DNA of 64,000 nt from Massilia sp. (GTDB lineage Bacteria > Pseudomonadota > Gammaproteobacteria > Burkholderiales > Burkholderiaceae_D), in assembly GCF_032106685.1 (NCBI RefSeq), contig NZ_DAMCPG010000011.1, forward strand, positions 52,478 to 116,477. Direction: 5' to 3'. The position numbers and the translations under genes are program-made. Positions within the stretch are counted from its first letter, which is position 1, and each line of letters begins with the position of its first letter. Shown here piece by piece: positions 63,180 through 64,000 of this stretch. The notes beneath the pieces were generated by a model. That model was not told where the DNA came from. It searched no databases and saw only the letters and a program-made list of their open reading frames with translations.

Positions 63180-64000
63180 GTGACAATCCGGGCAGGCGCA
63201 TGCACCCGCTGCGCCGGACCGGATGAGGGCCGATTGGATAGTTCCACCGTCAAGAAATACCTGCCATGGCTGGTCGCCACTGCCCTGTTCATGGAGCAGC
63301 TCGACGCCACGGTCGTCAACACCGCCATTCCGAGCATCGCGGCCAGCCTCGGGGTCACGCCGCTGAGCCTGAAGTCGGTCGTCACCAGCTACATCCTCGG
63401 CCTGGCCGTCGGCATCCCCGTGAGCGGCTGGATGGCAGACCGCTTCGGCACCCGCCGCGTGTTCCTGACCGCAATCGGCATCTTCACGTCCTCGTCGGTC
63501 CTGTGCGGCCTGTCGGTGAATGCCGAGATGCTGACCGCCGCCCGCCTGTTGCAGGGCCTGGGCGGCGCGATGATGATGCCGGTCGGGCGCCTCGCGATCG
63601 TCCGCACCTTCCCGAAATCGGAACTGCTGGGGGCGATGAACTTCGTCATCATCCCCGCCCTCATCGGCCCGCTGCTGGGGCCGACCGTCGGCGGCCTGAT
63701 GGTGCACTGGACCTCGTGGCGCGCCATCTTCTTCATCAACGTGCCTTTCGGGCTGATCGCGATGTTCCTGGTATACCGGCACATGCCGGACTACCACGGC
63801 GACGAACGCCGCCCGCTCGACGTGCTGGGCCTGATCCTGTTCAGCACCGGCACCGCGATCCTGTCCTGGCTGCTGGAGATCTTCGGCGAACACACGCTTA
63901 GCGGCATGACGATGGCCCTGCTGCTGGTGTTGTCGATCGCCCTGCTCGCCAGCTACGCCCTGCATGCCAGCCGCATCAAGTTCCCGCTGCTGCGCCTGAC
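63180..64000 (+). CDS. MFS transporter (DHA2/EmrB-like), N-terminal part; runs off the right edge
   Basis: My own translation gives ...KKYLPWLVATALFMEQLDATVVNTAIPSIAASLGVTPLSLKSVVTSYILGLAVGIPVSGWMADRFGTRRVFL...LLQGLGGAMMMPVGRLAIV... The frame is open after the TGA at 63156. Candidate starts are the GTG at 63180 or the TTG at 63234. It is absent from the track because no stop lies within the window. Confidence 0.75.
   Translation, partial: MTIRAGACTRCAGPDEGRLDSSTVKKYLPWLVATALFMEQLDATVVNTAIPSIAASLGVTPLSLKSVVTSYILGLAVGIPVSGWMADRFGTRRVFLTAIGIFTSSSVLCGLSVNAEMLTAARLLQGLGGAMMMPVGRLAIVRTFPKSELLGAMNFVIIPALIGPLLGPTVGGLMVHWTSWRAIFFINVPFGLIAMFLVYRHMPDYHGDERRPLDVLGLILFSTGTAILSWLLEIFGEHTLSGMTMALLLVLSIALLASYALHASRIKFPLLRL

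Overview
This is a high-GC chromosomal segment. Hand counts of sample 60-nt lines give about 42/60 G+C. Its gene content (PEP-CTERM protein, aruCFG-astDB arginine succinyltransferase genes, queA-tgt-yajC-secDF, abundant GTAGGGTGG-type REP hairpins) suggests a betaproteobacterium of the Burkholderiales; that assignment is inference only. I support about 46 protein genes, almost all ordinary metabolism, transport or regulation. They include: an arginine succinyltransferase operon with the large NAD-glutamate dehydrogenase gene embedded in it; secDF/yajC; tgt/queA; recG; pyrC; a TonB-receptor/phytase pair; PhoD; a gltP-like transporter with amidohydrolase and asparaginase; two tandem fadD paralogs; and a 1410-aa double hybrid histidine kinase. 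I saw no rRNA, tRNA, CRISPR array, integrase or transposase. The clearest accessory feature is a roughly 2.3-kb AT-rich islet (about 11880-14176; 24-25/60 G+C in sampled lines). It carries a single 581-aa ABC-type ATPase fused to a Toprim-like (OLD/DUF4435-style) domain, which makes it a candidate stand-alone anti-phage or abortive-infection nuclease of uncertain subtype. Other points worth a second look are: a REP hairpin family (at least 23 units by eye) with compensatory stem variation; two 181-bp MITE/BIME-like composite elements whose 16-bp terminal inverted repeats co-vary between copies; a 224-bp tandemly duplicated REP block; two tandem sRNA-like units with intrinsic terminators downstream of secF; a degenerate GGDEF protein (AGDRF with an RxxD I-site) translationally coupled to an AraC regulator; and a REP-flanked flavin oxidoreductase gene splitting the usual tgt-yajC linkage. 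Many long ORFs in the supplied track are GC-driven antisense shadow ORFs and were rejected.
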